The position numbers and the translations under genes were made by a program. This document shows, in pieces, positions 52,709-64,000 of a DNA stretch of 64,000 bases (positions within the stretch are counted from its first letter, which is position 1; each line of letters starts with the position of its first letter). The notes under the pieces are model-generated. The model saw only the letters and a list, made by a program, of their open reading frames with translations, was not told the DNA's origin and did not search any database. Origin of the DNA: Fistulifera solaris (Eukaryota); NCBI GenBank assembly GCA_030295235.1, contig AP026125.1:434001-498000 (forward strand), written 5' to 3'.

Positions 52709-53545
52709 ATGTTAACTCCACAAAAACGCGTTCGTTCCGTCAGTTTAGATGACCGAAGTAGTATCCCGCCGGGTCTATCGACTTTGTTGGATGCGGCCGA
52801 TCGACTGAACGTCTTTGCCGACATCACCAATGCTAGTAGCATGGGTGTCCTTCTCGATGCCGCCACATCGGTTGCCACCAAACAGCCACGACTTTCGGAA
52901 ATTTCCGACGATGAACGCCTCGACATAGTGCGTCCGTCTCCGGAAGAACTGGCGGAAGCCACGACCTTTCGAAGTCGGTCGGCCCTCGATCATTGGTACG
53001 GCCGTCTCCGCGAATTGTACGAATACAAAGCCTTGCATCACAACTGTTTAGTACCCCAAAAGTATCCGCCGAATCCGGCGCTCGGAATAGTACGTAATGA
53101 TGCATTCATTCTAGCTAGAATATCGATCACTCTTCAAACAATCCATCTCACACGCATGCTCTCTCTCTCTCTTCAACACACACCAGTGGGTCAACAAACA
53201 ACGCATGGAAAAGAAATTACTGGATCAAGGTCATAGGAGTGCCATGACACAATACCGTCTCGATAAATTGAACCAAGCCGGCTTTGTTTGGGCCAAACCC
53301 AAGGGCGATGTCTCGTGGGATACCAAATACGCGGAATTGTGTGCCTTTCACGAAAAACACGGACACTGTATGGTGCCCACCAAATTTTCCGAAAATACGG
53401 CCTTGGGACGGTGGATCAGTACCAGCGGGCGCAATACAAGGAATGGAAACAAAACCGTCCGACGCACATGACGCCAGAGCGGTACGACAAGTTGTGTGCA
53501 TTGCATTTTCAGTTCGAGTGTTCGAAAAGTGAAGTTCATTGGTAG
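52709..53545 (+). CDS. HA-domain protein with two HA repeats, paralog of 21135-22126
   Basis: WYGRLREL..HHNCLVPQ..NPALGI|WVNKQR (intron 53090-53186)..LNQAGFVW; SWDTKYAEL..HGHCMVPTKF..LGRWIS. Shift near 53421. Confidence 0.85.
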
Positions 53546-53630
53546 TAACGAGGAGCTGTGTGTAAATCATCCATTTCGACACAGCACAAACGCGTAATGT
53601 AATGTTTCAATAATAATTTAGTAGTGTATG

Positions 53631-55092
53631 TTACGTGGTCATGTACTCTTTGTGAATCAAATGCGTCGTCGTTTCGACGAAATGCAACAATTCCTCAATG
53701 TCCCCCGCCCACTGCGACAAGATGGCTTCCGGGTTCGACGGCGGACAAAACCGAATGATATCGGCCGGACGGTCCATTTTCGCGTACAGACTGCCTTCAC
53801 TCACCATGCCCGCAATCTCTTGTTCTAGAGTCGTTAAATTGAGTTGCAACAATTGCGCCAACCGCGATCCGTGGATGCGTTTGTAATACAATGACGCGAC
53901 GCGAATGTTGTGTTGAATGATGCGGCGAAAGAAAACTTCGTTCCAGTGGGTTCCGAGATCGCCTTCGGTCAATGCCGGAGATGATTCCAATTCGGATTGA
54001 TGGGGAGTGGGGTAATGAATGATTTCTCGTTTCAAGAACAGTTGGACGGTCGCTCTGCAAAAAATTGTTGAAACTGTGGGTGAGCTGTTCTCTACAGTAG
54101 CTAAAATTCGATTCATCCATTTAGCAAAAACACTCGTCACTTTGGACCACTTACTGATAGGCGGGTAACTTTTCCAAATTCGCATCTTGCGCAATCCGGT
54201 GCATCATATCTTGTTGCTCGTTGTTGTACGGACTGAGAGCTAGAAACAACACGGTCGCTTGCAAGGCCGCCATCCATTGTGTCTCATCTTGTAAAGTACT
54301 CGGCGTCGAATAAATGGCGTGATAATCTTTCGCCAACGCCAACGCATCTTTCTCATGACGGTGCGAGATCGTCAAGAGCGAAAAGAAACGGACCTTGTAG
54401 TCGTACATGGACTCTTCCGCCAAGAATTTGCGCGACACTTTACCGGCCACAATGGCGGCCCGAACATAATCGTGCGCCGCGAGCGTGATGCGCATTTGTT
54501 CCAAAATGAATTCGACCTTTTCGCGTTTCGACAAGGACCCGTACGTTTCGACGTGAACTTGTTGCAGTAATTGGGAGGCCCCGTGAATATCGCCGGCCTC
54601 TTCGCGCAAGGTGGCGGCGACGCGCGTCAATTGGGCCCGTTCCCGCTCCAAAAAGATTTTGCCGTCCGTGAGTTCGCGCAAGGCTTCGACCAGTTGATCG
54701 CGTTTCGTTGCGGCATCGGTTCCGGTGACCGGCAACGGTGTGTACGGTTCTTGGACACACCACGGCAGCGCCGTTTGCACGAGTGCCTTAATGGCAGCCG
54801 TCTTTTGCGAACGTCGTGTCGCGAACGTTTTCAACGTCGACAACAATGTGGCAGTATCATCGGCTTCATAACACGCTTTCAAGGCGGCTTCACAGACTCG
54901 CACGAGAGAAGCATTGTCATTTCCGACCCGACAACGTTTTTCCAAGGCCGTCAGTAGTTGCAAGGCTTCATTCAATTGATTGGCCTGCAACAATTGCGCA
55001 CACTGAAGTAATTTGGCATCGGTTTCCGCCGATAAATCCGTCTTTTCTTCCAATTCTCCACCTTGGGCTCTTCCCGATTCGCGTGTTGCCAT
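53631..55092 (-). CDS. PSMD12: 26S proteasome lid subunit Rpn5/PSMD12
   Basis: LTALEKRCR, TDGKIFLERERAQLT, VETYGS..EKVEFILEQMR, RIIQHNIRV..YYKRI, YAKMDRP (PCI). Intron 54055-54154. Confidence 0.95.
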
Positions 55093-55291
55093 TTTATTGA
55101 GAGTGTATTGTTGTGAAAAAAAGAGGAGAAAGGGAAGGGATATAACAATCAACACAATCAATCAAAGGAAAAAGTGTCGCGTCGCATATTCGAAACAGAT
55201 CGTCTCCGATCGGCGAGAGGACACGCGGAAAGACGGTTCATGACCAAATATTTATTGCAGTCGCGTTGCGTATAAACCATTTGAGAGACCT

Positions 55292-55757
55292 CGTGACTGA
55301 AATACAGTTGTGGCGAAATACGTACAACACTCTTTGGTCGATAGTAAATGCGGAAGGCAACGTTTCGCATGGCTGCAACATAGAATGACGTGTAAATCAA
55401 AAGCTACGAAAGCCTATTTTATAACACCAACGACAAATGGAGCTCAAAATACTATGCTGAACGAACTAAAGCATGGTCGCTCGTCGCTCGAACGAGGAAA
55501 TACGGACAACACTATAGGGACCACAGTACATACGGAAAACAACGTTTCGCAAGTCGCAAGGTTCTTCGACGTTCAAAATGTAGTGATGTGTAATGAAGAC
55601 ACTGCCAACGATTACTCCATGCAATACAGACAAATGATGGATCTCAAGAAAATTGGTGAGTGAACGAATGGTAGGCAGCATTGTCGTTGAAACAAATTTT
55701 ACTCATGACTGAAATGCAGTCGTGGATGTATCTTTGAATATAAGCAGACGGAAATTC
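55292..55757 (-). repeat. Intergenic repeat family, locus 3 (about 2.3 tandem units, inverted relative to loci 1-2)
   Basis: + strand cores cgtGACTGaaataCAGTTgtgg (55295-55309) and catGACTGaaatgCAGTCgtgga (55707-55721); internal anchors aaatacg(t/g)acaacact at 55316 and 55498. 55742-55757 is the exact reverse complement of 46157-46172. Confidence 0.85.
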
Positions 55758-55973
55758 TGGAAATTTGTCTCAACAGCTCATCCGGAAGACACGGTATTCA
55801 ATATTCCACGTGTAACATGGTGGAAAACGTTTCAAAACAACATCAGCCTCGACTGCGTTGTTGCCATGATGATGCGAGCGTTGTTTCCTATAAGTATCAT
55901 TCATCTAACACAGGAACGGCGACAATAGTTTTATCCTATTCTACATTCTTTTCATAAGAAACACCACACGACA

Positions 55974-58502
55974 ATGATTTCTAGCGCACCGACGTGCCAA
56001 CGAAGGAAACGGAGAGTGCCATCACATCATCGGATGCATCCTTCCTGGATGTTGTTCGTATGGGTTTACTTGGAACAATCTTGCTGGGCATTTCTGGTAC
56101 CCGTTCCAAGCCCAGCTCTACCCTATAAACAACAATTCGCTTCTTCTTTACAATCATTCGACGACACAACCTTGGACGACGACGAAGTTCATGCCCATCT
56201 CCAAAATGACTCCACTTTCTTGTATCAGTCGACCGGTGATGGCGATCCGTTATCGACCCAATCCTTCATTATGGATTTACGGAACCTGGCGGAAGAAGAT
56301 CCCCAACGAGCGCAAGATGCGTTGGAGATTATGCTGGATTTATATCAACAACAACCGGACAGTCCCTGGACGATTGCACCCGATGTCTCGTGTTATGGCG
56401 CCGTCATGGAAGGGTGGATTGATGCTGGAGAATTGAACAAGGCACAAGCGGTCTTGTACCAAATCGAAGATCAATTTCTTTCAACAGCAAAGAATGAAAC
56501 ATCCATGGCCGTTGAAATGATCTACGTGACCATGATCCAAGCGTGGGTCAAGGATATCCGACACGATTTTTCGGGAAAATCGGCACAAAAAGCCGAAGAT
56601 TTGTTGCGACGCATGGAAGAGCGCATCGGATCCGCGAATGTGAAACTGTGGACCATGGTACTGGAGGGCTGGTGTGAACGGGCCGGGATGTTTCGTGAAG
56701 CCATGACGAAGGCACGGGCGTTGCTGGACGAAATGGAACACCGGCCGGATATTCCGCCCAATGTCTTGACGTATACCAGTCTGATTGGAGGATACGCTCG
56801 TTCCAAAGAAAAAGACAAGGGGAAAATGGCGGAACGTGTGTTGGAACGCATGGTCCAGAGAGGCGTACAACCGGATATGGTCGCTTACACCAGCGTCATT
56901 CATTGTTGGTCGAAAGCGGTCAGTCGGAGAGAACGAGAAGTGGCGGCGAGTCGTGCACTTCGGCTCATTGGTGAAATGGAGCGTCTGTATCTTTCCAAGG
57001 ACATGTACCATGTCAAGCCGAGTCTGATTACGTACACGACGGTAATCAGTGCCATTGGCAATAGTTTGGATCCGATGGCGCCCAAGCTCGCGGAAGATGT
57101 GATGAAACGCATGTATACGTTACAAGAGTCGGGGGCGATTGCCAATATGAAACCGAATACCAGCACCTATAACGCGGTGATCCATGCATTGAGCAAAGCC
57201 GCCTCCGGAAATCAAGTCAAATACGCGCAACGCGCGGAACAAACTTTGTACGAGATGATGAAACGAGCGGAACAGGGCGAACATGATGTGACTCCCAATG
57301 TTCGAACGTGGGCGGCGGTATTGAGGGCGTGGGCCCGATGCGGTGCTTCCGACGCGGCGGAGAACACACAACGTGTTTTGGAACAAATGGAAGCCTTGTA
57401 TGACAAAGGAGAAACCGACACCCGTCCTAATTATGTTTGCTTTACCACGGTAATGAGCGCATGGAGCAACTCCAAAAATCCAGATGCTTTGCAGTACATG
57501 GAGAACATTCTGAAACGAATGGAACAGGCGTATGAAGAAACATTGGAACCTGATACTAGACCTAACACGATATCGTATGTGACAGCGATTGATGCATTCG
57601 TGCGGAAAAGCGAAAAAGATGCCGCACAGCGTGCACAGGCAACGGTAGATCGCATGGTCAAACTTTATGCGAAAGGCCTTGGGCACGTGCGACCTACACG
57701 TGTCGTTTTCAATACGCTAATTCATGCATGGTCAAAATCGAAAATAAATGGAGCTGCTTCAAAGGCGGAAGAAATATTTACATGGATGGAACGAAAATAT
57801 CGTGAAGGTGACGAACTTGTTCGACCCGATGAAGTCACACTTTGTGCCGTGCTAAATGCGTGGGCCAACCAGGCTCAGCAGGGTGGGGCTGAGCGAGCGG
57901 AGCAAATTTGGAATCACACCAAGTCTTTGTCAATTGAAGAGCGGGGGTTTCCCTTGACGATCATGATGCCAAATATTGTCATCAAAGCTATTTCACGGAG
58001 CAAGAACCCGAACAGCGCCAAGAAGTCTGAAGACATACTGCTGGAGCTCGATGAGGAGTATCGTAGTGGAAAGTCTTCGTTACGCCCAGATGTGACCACC
58101 TTTTCCTCGGTGATTAATGCATGCGCTTATTACAGTGGATCGATTGATGGACGTGTTGAAGCACTCGACATTGCTTTGCGTACCTTTTACAAGTTTTACG
58201 AGAATGAAGGAGACGAGCGCCACAACAATATTAGCTTTGGAACTTTACTGAAAGCAATTGCGAATTTGATGCAGGTGGGCGAAGAACGGGAAGTACTTGT
58301 CCGGGATTTGTTTGACAAGTGCACCGAGGAAGGTGTTGTAGATTCGTTTGTACTTTCCCAAGTGCGATACGCTAGCCCTCAACTTTATCGCGAGCTGGTG
58401 GACGAGCCATGTGGTTTGGGCGGACCAAATGCGGATGATAGCATTCGAAGCATATTGAAACATATACCACCCGAGTGGTCAGCCAACGTTGTTGACTACT
58501 AG
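55974..58502 (+). CDS. Pentatricopeptide repeat protein, possibly plastid-targeted
   Basis: Many PPR-type repeats (PDVSCYGAVMEGW, PNVLTYTSLIGGY, PDMVAYTSVIHCW, PNTSTYNAVIHAL); leader ...CWA|FLVP. Confidence 0.9.
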   Translation: MISSAPTCQRRKRRVPSHHRMHPSWMLFVWVYLEQSCWAFLVPVPSPALPYKQQFASSLQSFDDTTLDDDEVHAHLQNDSTFLYQSTGDGDPLSTQSFIMDLRNLAEEDPQRAQDALEIMLDLYQQQPDSPWTIAPDVSCYGAVMEGWIDAGELNKAQAVLYQIEDQFLSTAKNETSMAVEMIYVTMIQAWVKDIRHDFSGKSAQKAEDLLRRMEERIGSANVKLWTMVLEGWCERAGMFREAMTKARALLDEMEHRPDIPPNVLTYTSLIGGYARSKEKDKGKMAERVLERMVQRGVQPDMVAYTSVIHCWSKAVSRREREVAASRALRLIGEMERLYLSKDMYHVKPSLITYTTVISAIGNSLDPMAPKLAEDVMKRMYTLQESGAIANMKPNTSTYNAVIHALSKAASGNQVKYAQRAEQTLYEMMKRAEQGEHDVTPNVRTWAAVLRAWARCGASDAAENTQRVLEQMEALYDKGETDTRPNYVCFTTVMSAWSNSKNPDALQYMENILKRMEQAYEETLEPDTRPNTISYVTAIDAFVRKSEKDAAQRAQATVDRMVKLYAKGLGHVRPTRVVFNTLIHAWSKSKINGAASKAEEIFTWMERKYREGDELVRPDEVTLCAVLNAWANQAQQGGAERAEQIWNHTKSLSIEERGFPLTIMMPNIVIKAISRSKNPNSAKKSEDILLELDEEYRSGKSSLRPDVTTFSSVINACAYYSGSIDGRVEALDIALRTFYKFYENEGDERHNNISFGTLLKAIANLMQVGEEREVLVRDLFDKCTEEGVVDSFVLSQVRYASPQLYRELVDEPCGLGGPNADDSIRSILKHIPPEWSANVVDY

Positions 58503-58613
58503 TGAATGCAGTATTTTCACTGAGCGACAAGTATTATGAAAATGCTGATTTAGACTCAAGACTGAGCTATCAAGACAACTGGCCTCGGGAAAATTGAATA
58601 AGCAAGAGAGGCT

Positions 58614-61600
58614 TTAAAATTGAAGCGAGGTAGTACCACGAGAAGAACCTTCTCCGTTTTGTCTGTTGACGGACACTTCCGCACTTGAAGTAGTTGCTGG
58701 TCGAGGAATTGCAACACTTTCTGGGGCACTGATCAAAGTCGGCGCAATGCTTCCCCACCAACTCATCTTACTTTTACCGTCCTCAATTACCTTATAGTCA
58801 TTTTGATCGAACTGAAGCAATGTTGCCAAAACCGGAAGAAGACCTGCCCGTTCACTGGATCCTGGAGGAAGAGATAAGTATTTCACGACGGTGGTTTTCA
58901 AGTAATCTAGATTGACATCTTCTCTCCGTCGCACACGGCGTAGCTCCTCGATTTGTTGTTCAACTTCGTGTACTTTGTTTTCCATTAAGGCAAGTTGATT
59001 ATCTCGCTCGACAACCTTTTCCATCATGCTTTCTATTGTCTTGTCACGAGCGGTAATCTGAGCAAGCTGCTGAGACTCTCGATTGCTCTGTTTTGCGGCC
59101 AATTCTAGAATGCGTCTGTCACTTAGCGAGCCTTGATCGACTTCTTGTTGGAGCGCGCTATTCGCTTTTCGCAATTCGACACATTCCAGCTCTTTCTCTT
59201 GAATTAACTTTTGAGCTGCGGTACTCTTTTTCGCCATTTGCTGTCGTACAATTTGTAGCTCCTTCTGAAGGGACTCAACCATATTCTTTGTTTTTGCGTC
59301 CGGTCCTTTCGGGACGGCGGCCAGGGCTTCGGCAGCTACCTTTGATTTCTTCTCAGCTTCTTCAAGCTGCAGATTTAGATTTCGAATATTTTCCAAGTAC
59401 TGTTGGATGGTTTCCTCTCTTTGGCTCATATCATACTTAATTGCTTCCAGTTTTGCATTTAACTCAGAATTGTTGTCAGTTGCATCTGCAAGCTGTTTCT
59501 CCAACAAACCAACTAGAGCCGTCCGCTGTCCGTGACTTCGTTCAGACGCCTCCTTTTCGGACTGCAAACGTTCCACGAGGTTGCGATTCTTCGTCGACTC
59601 GAGCTTCAACATGTTTACTTGCTCCCTCAGTTCCGACACCTCACCTTCCGATGATTTCAATCTAGATTCTTGTTTCTCTGCGCGAGCGAGCTTTTCAGCT
59701 AAACTGTTTCTTTCTTCGACGATCGAATTTAAGTTATCCGAAAGGGCGGAAAGCTTGCCCTGAAGCTCTTCTGTCGTATTCGCCTTACTTTTGACCTCCC
59801 TCTCCAAGTTCTGAATTCTTTCCAAAAATGCATTCTTCTCACGTGATAAGGACTCTTGCATCTCTACCATGGACGATTCTTTCTTTGACACCGAAGCAAT
59901 TGCATCTTCTTTCTCCTTTCGCGATTTCTCGAGATCAGCCGAAAGACCTTTTGTTGATTCGAGAGCGACTGATAGCTGCTTTTTCAGTTTCTCATGTTCC
60001 GAGCGAAGTAACGCAGTGCCCGCAGTAAGCTTTTTCAATTGATCGACAGCTTCAGTGCATTTAATCTCTTTTTCTTTGATCGTGTCTTGAAGCTGTGATA
60101 TTTCTGAGGTGTGAGACTTCCGCAAGTCATCCAGCTTAGCCTTAAATTGACTCGTCAATTGATCAACGTGCTTTTCCATGGCACTTCGCAGTTCTTCCTT
60201 TTCCTTTGATAATTGTCGGATTTTTAAGCCTAGCTCTTCGGAGAGCAAACCCTTTTCCTTTTCCAGAGTTGCGGCTGCTAACTGGTTGATATTATCAAGA
60301 TCCTTTTGTCTTTCCTCATCAATCTCTCTGAGGGCTTTTTCGTGGTCAGCTTTCAATGTTTCGACATAAAGGTCATGATCCTCTTTCAGTTTCTTTTCCA
60401 AGTCCTCAAGTCGTTGATCGGCACCGTCAGAGGTAGTTTCTAAAGATTGCTTCAACTCAGACTGAGTCTTTTGCAATGCCTCAGAAAGTTCTTCCACTTT
60501 TTGCGTAGCCTCTGCCTCAGCCGTACTAGCTGCTTCCAGTTTGCGACTCAGGTCCGCCAACGCATCTGACTTTTCTTTGAGCATCGCTTCAAATTGTGCT
60601 GTATACTGAGAACGTACTTTTTCGACTTCCTGCGTAGTATTGCTTTCTAACTCCTTGAGTTGTGCCTTCATCTCGGCTACGACGGTCTCAGCTTCTCCCA
60701 GAGACTTCTCTAATTTAATAATCCGCTTTTCTGCCACTTGCAATGCTTCGCTCTTCGCCGCTTCAGAAGCACTAAGTTTGGCTTCGTATTCAGATTTAAG
60801 CAACTGAATGGCCTCATGACTTTCCCCAGAAGATGCTGAAATTTGCTTCTCTAGATATTCCAACTTTTCTGTCATTGCGCTTTTTTCGTTCTCTAATGAA
60901 TTGATTTTGCCGTTGAATTCAGTTTCTGTTGACTGAAGCTTCTGTGCGTAGGCAGCTTTAACCTTCGCAAAACTTTGTGCTACGGCCTCTTCTTTCTTTT
61001 TCGACTCTTCTAGCTGGATTTCGTATTGACCCTTCAGCGATTCAATCTCGGCATCTTTGGCTGAACCAACTTCCTCACGCGCAGCTTGAAGCAGCACCTT
61101 CATCTTTTCGGATTGATCTGCTTCGAGTGCCGCACTTTGATCACTGAGTCTGCGTTCGAATTCTGCTCGTGCCTGGTTATTGTGTTCGATCGATTTGGCG
61201 AGTTCTGAGCGAATCTGTTCTAGTTCCGCCTCAAGTGTGGCCTTATCCCCGGTAATAGACTGATTTGATTCACCTAACACCTTTATTTCCTCTTCCAGGT
61301 CTGCTAATCTTTTTCTTTGGTCGTTGACGATCTCTTCGTAGGAAGCCCTTTGCTTTGACAGCGCTTCATCGAGCAATTTCGACGATTGTTCAGCCCCACT
61401 TTGCGTTGCTTGAACTTTGGAGTCGGCCTCCTCTAGCCTCATCATCAACTCCTTTTCTCTTTCCGATAGCGCCAGTAGCTTACTCTTCATTTCATCATTA
61501 GCTTGTGTCACATTTTCAAGATCCTTGAGATGTGCTATGCGGATACGCTCCAGTTCAGAATTTGTACGAGTCTCCGCTTCTTTTAACTCGTGTTCGAGCC

Positions 61601-63273
61601 TCGCCTGGTGTTCCTTTTCTTGTACGTCTTTTGCGTTAATCAGTTCTTCCTGTGCCATTTTCTGTTGGTCAAGAAGTTTTGCCTCGTACTCAGTTTTGGT
61701 CGCATCTATCACTGCTTGTATTTTCTCCTCTGCTTGTCTTTCCGCCTGCATTAACATATCCTGAGATTCTTTGAGAGCGCTTTCTTTCTCCGCCAGCAAC
61801 TTCGTTTTCAGGCTTTCAAGCTCTTCCTTATGAACATCTTTGAGTTTGGCAATGTCGGCGTCGGCGGCTACAGTCTTAGAAATTTGTTCCGTCAGTGTCT
61901 GAACGTTTTCTCGCATTTCATGTAAGTTTCTCTCTCGGTCTTCCAACTCTTTTTGAAGAGATTCTAAAGCAGCTTTATGAGCTTCTTTCTCGTTTGCCAG
62001 TTGGACTTGCAAGTTTTCTGCTGTAACGGATGTACTTTCAGCGTTAACTTTTAGCGACTCAGCATGACTTTGGAGCTGAGAAAGTTCCTTCGCTGCGTCT
62101 GATTTGACTTGTTCTAACTGTTCCTCATGCCTCTTCTGTGCCTGCTCCATGACTTGTTTCCACTTCGTCTCCATCTCATTTCTTATCGCTTCTTCTACCG
62201 ATTGCCGTGTTTTTTCAATTTCCGACGCCAATAACGCATTTGATTCGTTTCTGATAGCTTCTAATTGTTCGGCATGATGTTTCTGTAGCTCATCAATAGT
62301 GGCCGATTCGGATGCCTCCTTGTTCTGATGCTTCTCTGTTTGTATCGCAAGTTCCGCCTTTAAAGCCTCCATTTCTGTCTGGTGCTCTTTCTGCTTTTGC
62401 TCAAGCTCGTTTTTCGCTGCTTCCGCCATTTCCCCTCGAAGCTTCTCCAATTCGGCTGTTCTGGCAACTTGTACCTTATTTTTGAAAGCCAACAACTGGG
62501 CTTTCGCCGCCTGCTTTACTTTTTCTACTTCGTCTGCAGTACTCGACGATTGCCCCTGGGCTTCACTCCGTTTCTCCATCTCCGCCTTATGAGACTGTGT
62601 CAAAGATTCTTTCAATGCCAGCATTTCTTTCTCGTGTGTTTCTAGCAGCTCCTTCTTTTCCGCCTCCCACGACGAATCCCCTTGTTGACTCTGCTGGCGA
62701 AAGTTTTGAAACTCATTTTGCAAGTGCTGCAAGTTCAACGCGTTCTGTTCATCCACCTGTCGCCATGCGGCTTGAAGTTGTAACACCTCATCTTGATCTT
62801 CTTTCACGTCTACCATTCCATTCAGAATTTCATCCGTCACCAACGACTTCAGTCGGGCCTTGTCCGTTTCGAGACTTTCGACCTTGGTCGTCAATTGCTG
62901 ACGAATCACCGTCAGTGCTTTCACTTTTTATTCATTTTCTGCAAGATCTCCAACAATTCGCTTTTGTCTACGGATTCCGCTTTCGAGGGTGTGGGTACAT
63001 CGACATCGACGACTTCTTTACTTTTGGCCCGTTCCGCCAATTCATTTACTTGGGCAGCCGCTTTCGCCTGTAATTCTTGTGCGGATTGACGCAAGGACGC
63101 ACCGATCGAACTAAAGTTATTGAATCGACCCGCTAAGCCTCCGGAAGGCGTCGGAGATTGCTGCTGTCGACCGTAGATCGGATAATTTGTGTGTGAGAAA
63201 AAGGACCGTCGCGAGATGAATCATCACCGAGGACGATTTTACAACTAAAAAAATACTTTACCTTATCCGACAT
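58614..63273 (-). CDS. GRIP-domain golgin (long coiled coil)
   Basis: >1300 aa E/K/L/Q heptads, C-terminal VNLDYLKTTVVKYL..LLPVLATLLQF (GRIP). Predicted micro-exon MSDK at 63273-63262, intron to ~63164, shift at the A-run near 62927. Confidence 0.85.
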
Positions 63274-64000
63274 CTCGCGTTGCTCCTTGCTTCTTCTATC
63301 AACTAGATGATGGGAAGACCGAGTAGTAGAGATTGAAAATACAACACTTCAAAAGCCAAACGCCGCTAATGGCTTTGCCAAGCGATGCGATGTCGTCGTG
63401 TTGTGTGCGCGCAAATAAAACGGTCACATTTGCGTTGGCTCATCCTATTGTCGCACAGCTATAGAAATCTCTTGATGTCTCATGGTACCGGGACTGAATA
63501 CTAACGGAGCGAAATCCGAAAAAGTGAAACGTTTCGTTTTGGTGTACCGGCTCGATGATGAAGGGGGGGGTTTGGGGGGTGAGGTTTTTGAAGTCATCAT
63601 TATTTTTCAGGCTATTTTTAGGCTATTTACTATAGTTCAGAAGGTACTAAAAAAAATCGGGCAAGGTTTTTCGACTACTTAGAAAAAGTATAGTCAATTG
63701 CGGTCATTTTTAAGAAGATTACTATTTTGTATTAAAATAGACAGCTAAATTATTTGAAAGAACAAGAAACAGCCTATCTAGTATCGTCTTAATTTGATCA
63801 TGACAGCGTAGAAACATGTAGTGTCTGATGAAAAGTAGCCTATAGCTTCTAACTTTATATGCCGTATTGTAAAGGAGATGTTAGCAATGACTATTTGTAT
63901 TTAATAAATACAATATAAATTTAGCCTATTTCCTACTGAGTTTTGTTTCTTTCTTCTTTGCGGCTTCCGTGATCCGTGATCCATGCGATCTTCACATTCA

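Noticed and set aside
33868..55757. Repeat family as a CRISPR-like array
   Set aside because: Only 2-3 degenerate units per locus, inter-core segments are homologous rather than unique spacers, and there are no cas-like genes.
55454..55928. Apparent spliced 136-aa ORF (exon 55454-55655, GTGAGT..TGCAG intron, exon 55720-55928)
   Set aside because: It lies mostly within the repeat array; the acceptor is part of the dyad and the donor is absent from the homologous copy at ~46.3 kb.
58614..62924. Periodicity and antisense ORFs in the 4.3-kb ORF
   Set aside because: Explained by golgin coiled-coil composition; antisense ORFs here and elsewhere are shadows of real genes.

Overview
Gene-dense eukaryotic nuclear DNA with short GT-AG introns (mostly 60-100 nt). 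It is most likely from a pennate diatom (inference): several genes carry signal peptide + 'ASA|F'-type bipartite plastid presequences, and HSF and helicase-associated (HA) domain genes are present. About 30 protein genes can be reconstructed, including an HDAC11-like deacetylase, V-ATPase G, cysteine synthase, a GT41/OGT-like enzyme, DDM1/HELLS, TspO, JMJD8-like, HSF, DENND4-like, an LPMO, XRN1, TOP3B, a Ycf29-like response regulator, OXA1, SMARCAD1, RPN5, a PPR protein and a GRIP golgin. Roughly 25 single-base frameshifts, mostly at homopolymer runs, break otherwise intact genes and are probably assembly errors. Strongest leads: (1) an unexplained intergenic repeat family of ~180-230 bp tandem units with a GACTG-N5-CAGTC dyad core at three loci; (2) two paralogous HA-domain proteins with Mad-type Sin3-interaction-like motifs, candidate transcriptional repressors; (3) an OGT-like GT41 with an N-terminal hydrophobic leader and C-terminal KDEL; (4) a nuclear-encoded, plastid-targeted REC-LuxR regulator. 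No tRNA, rRNA or CRISPR array was recognised. All calls are by eye; no searches were run.
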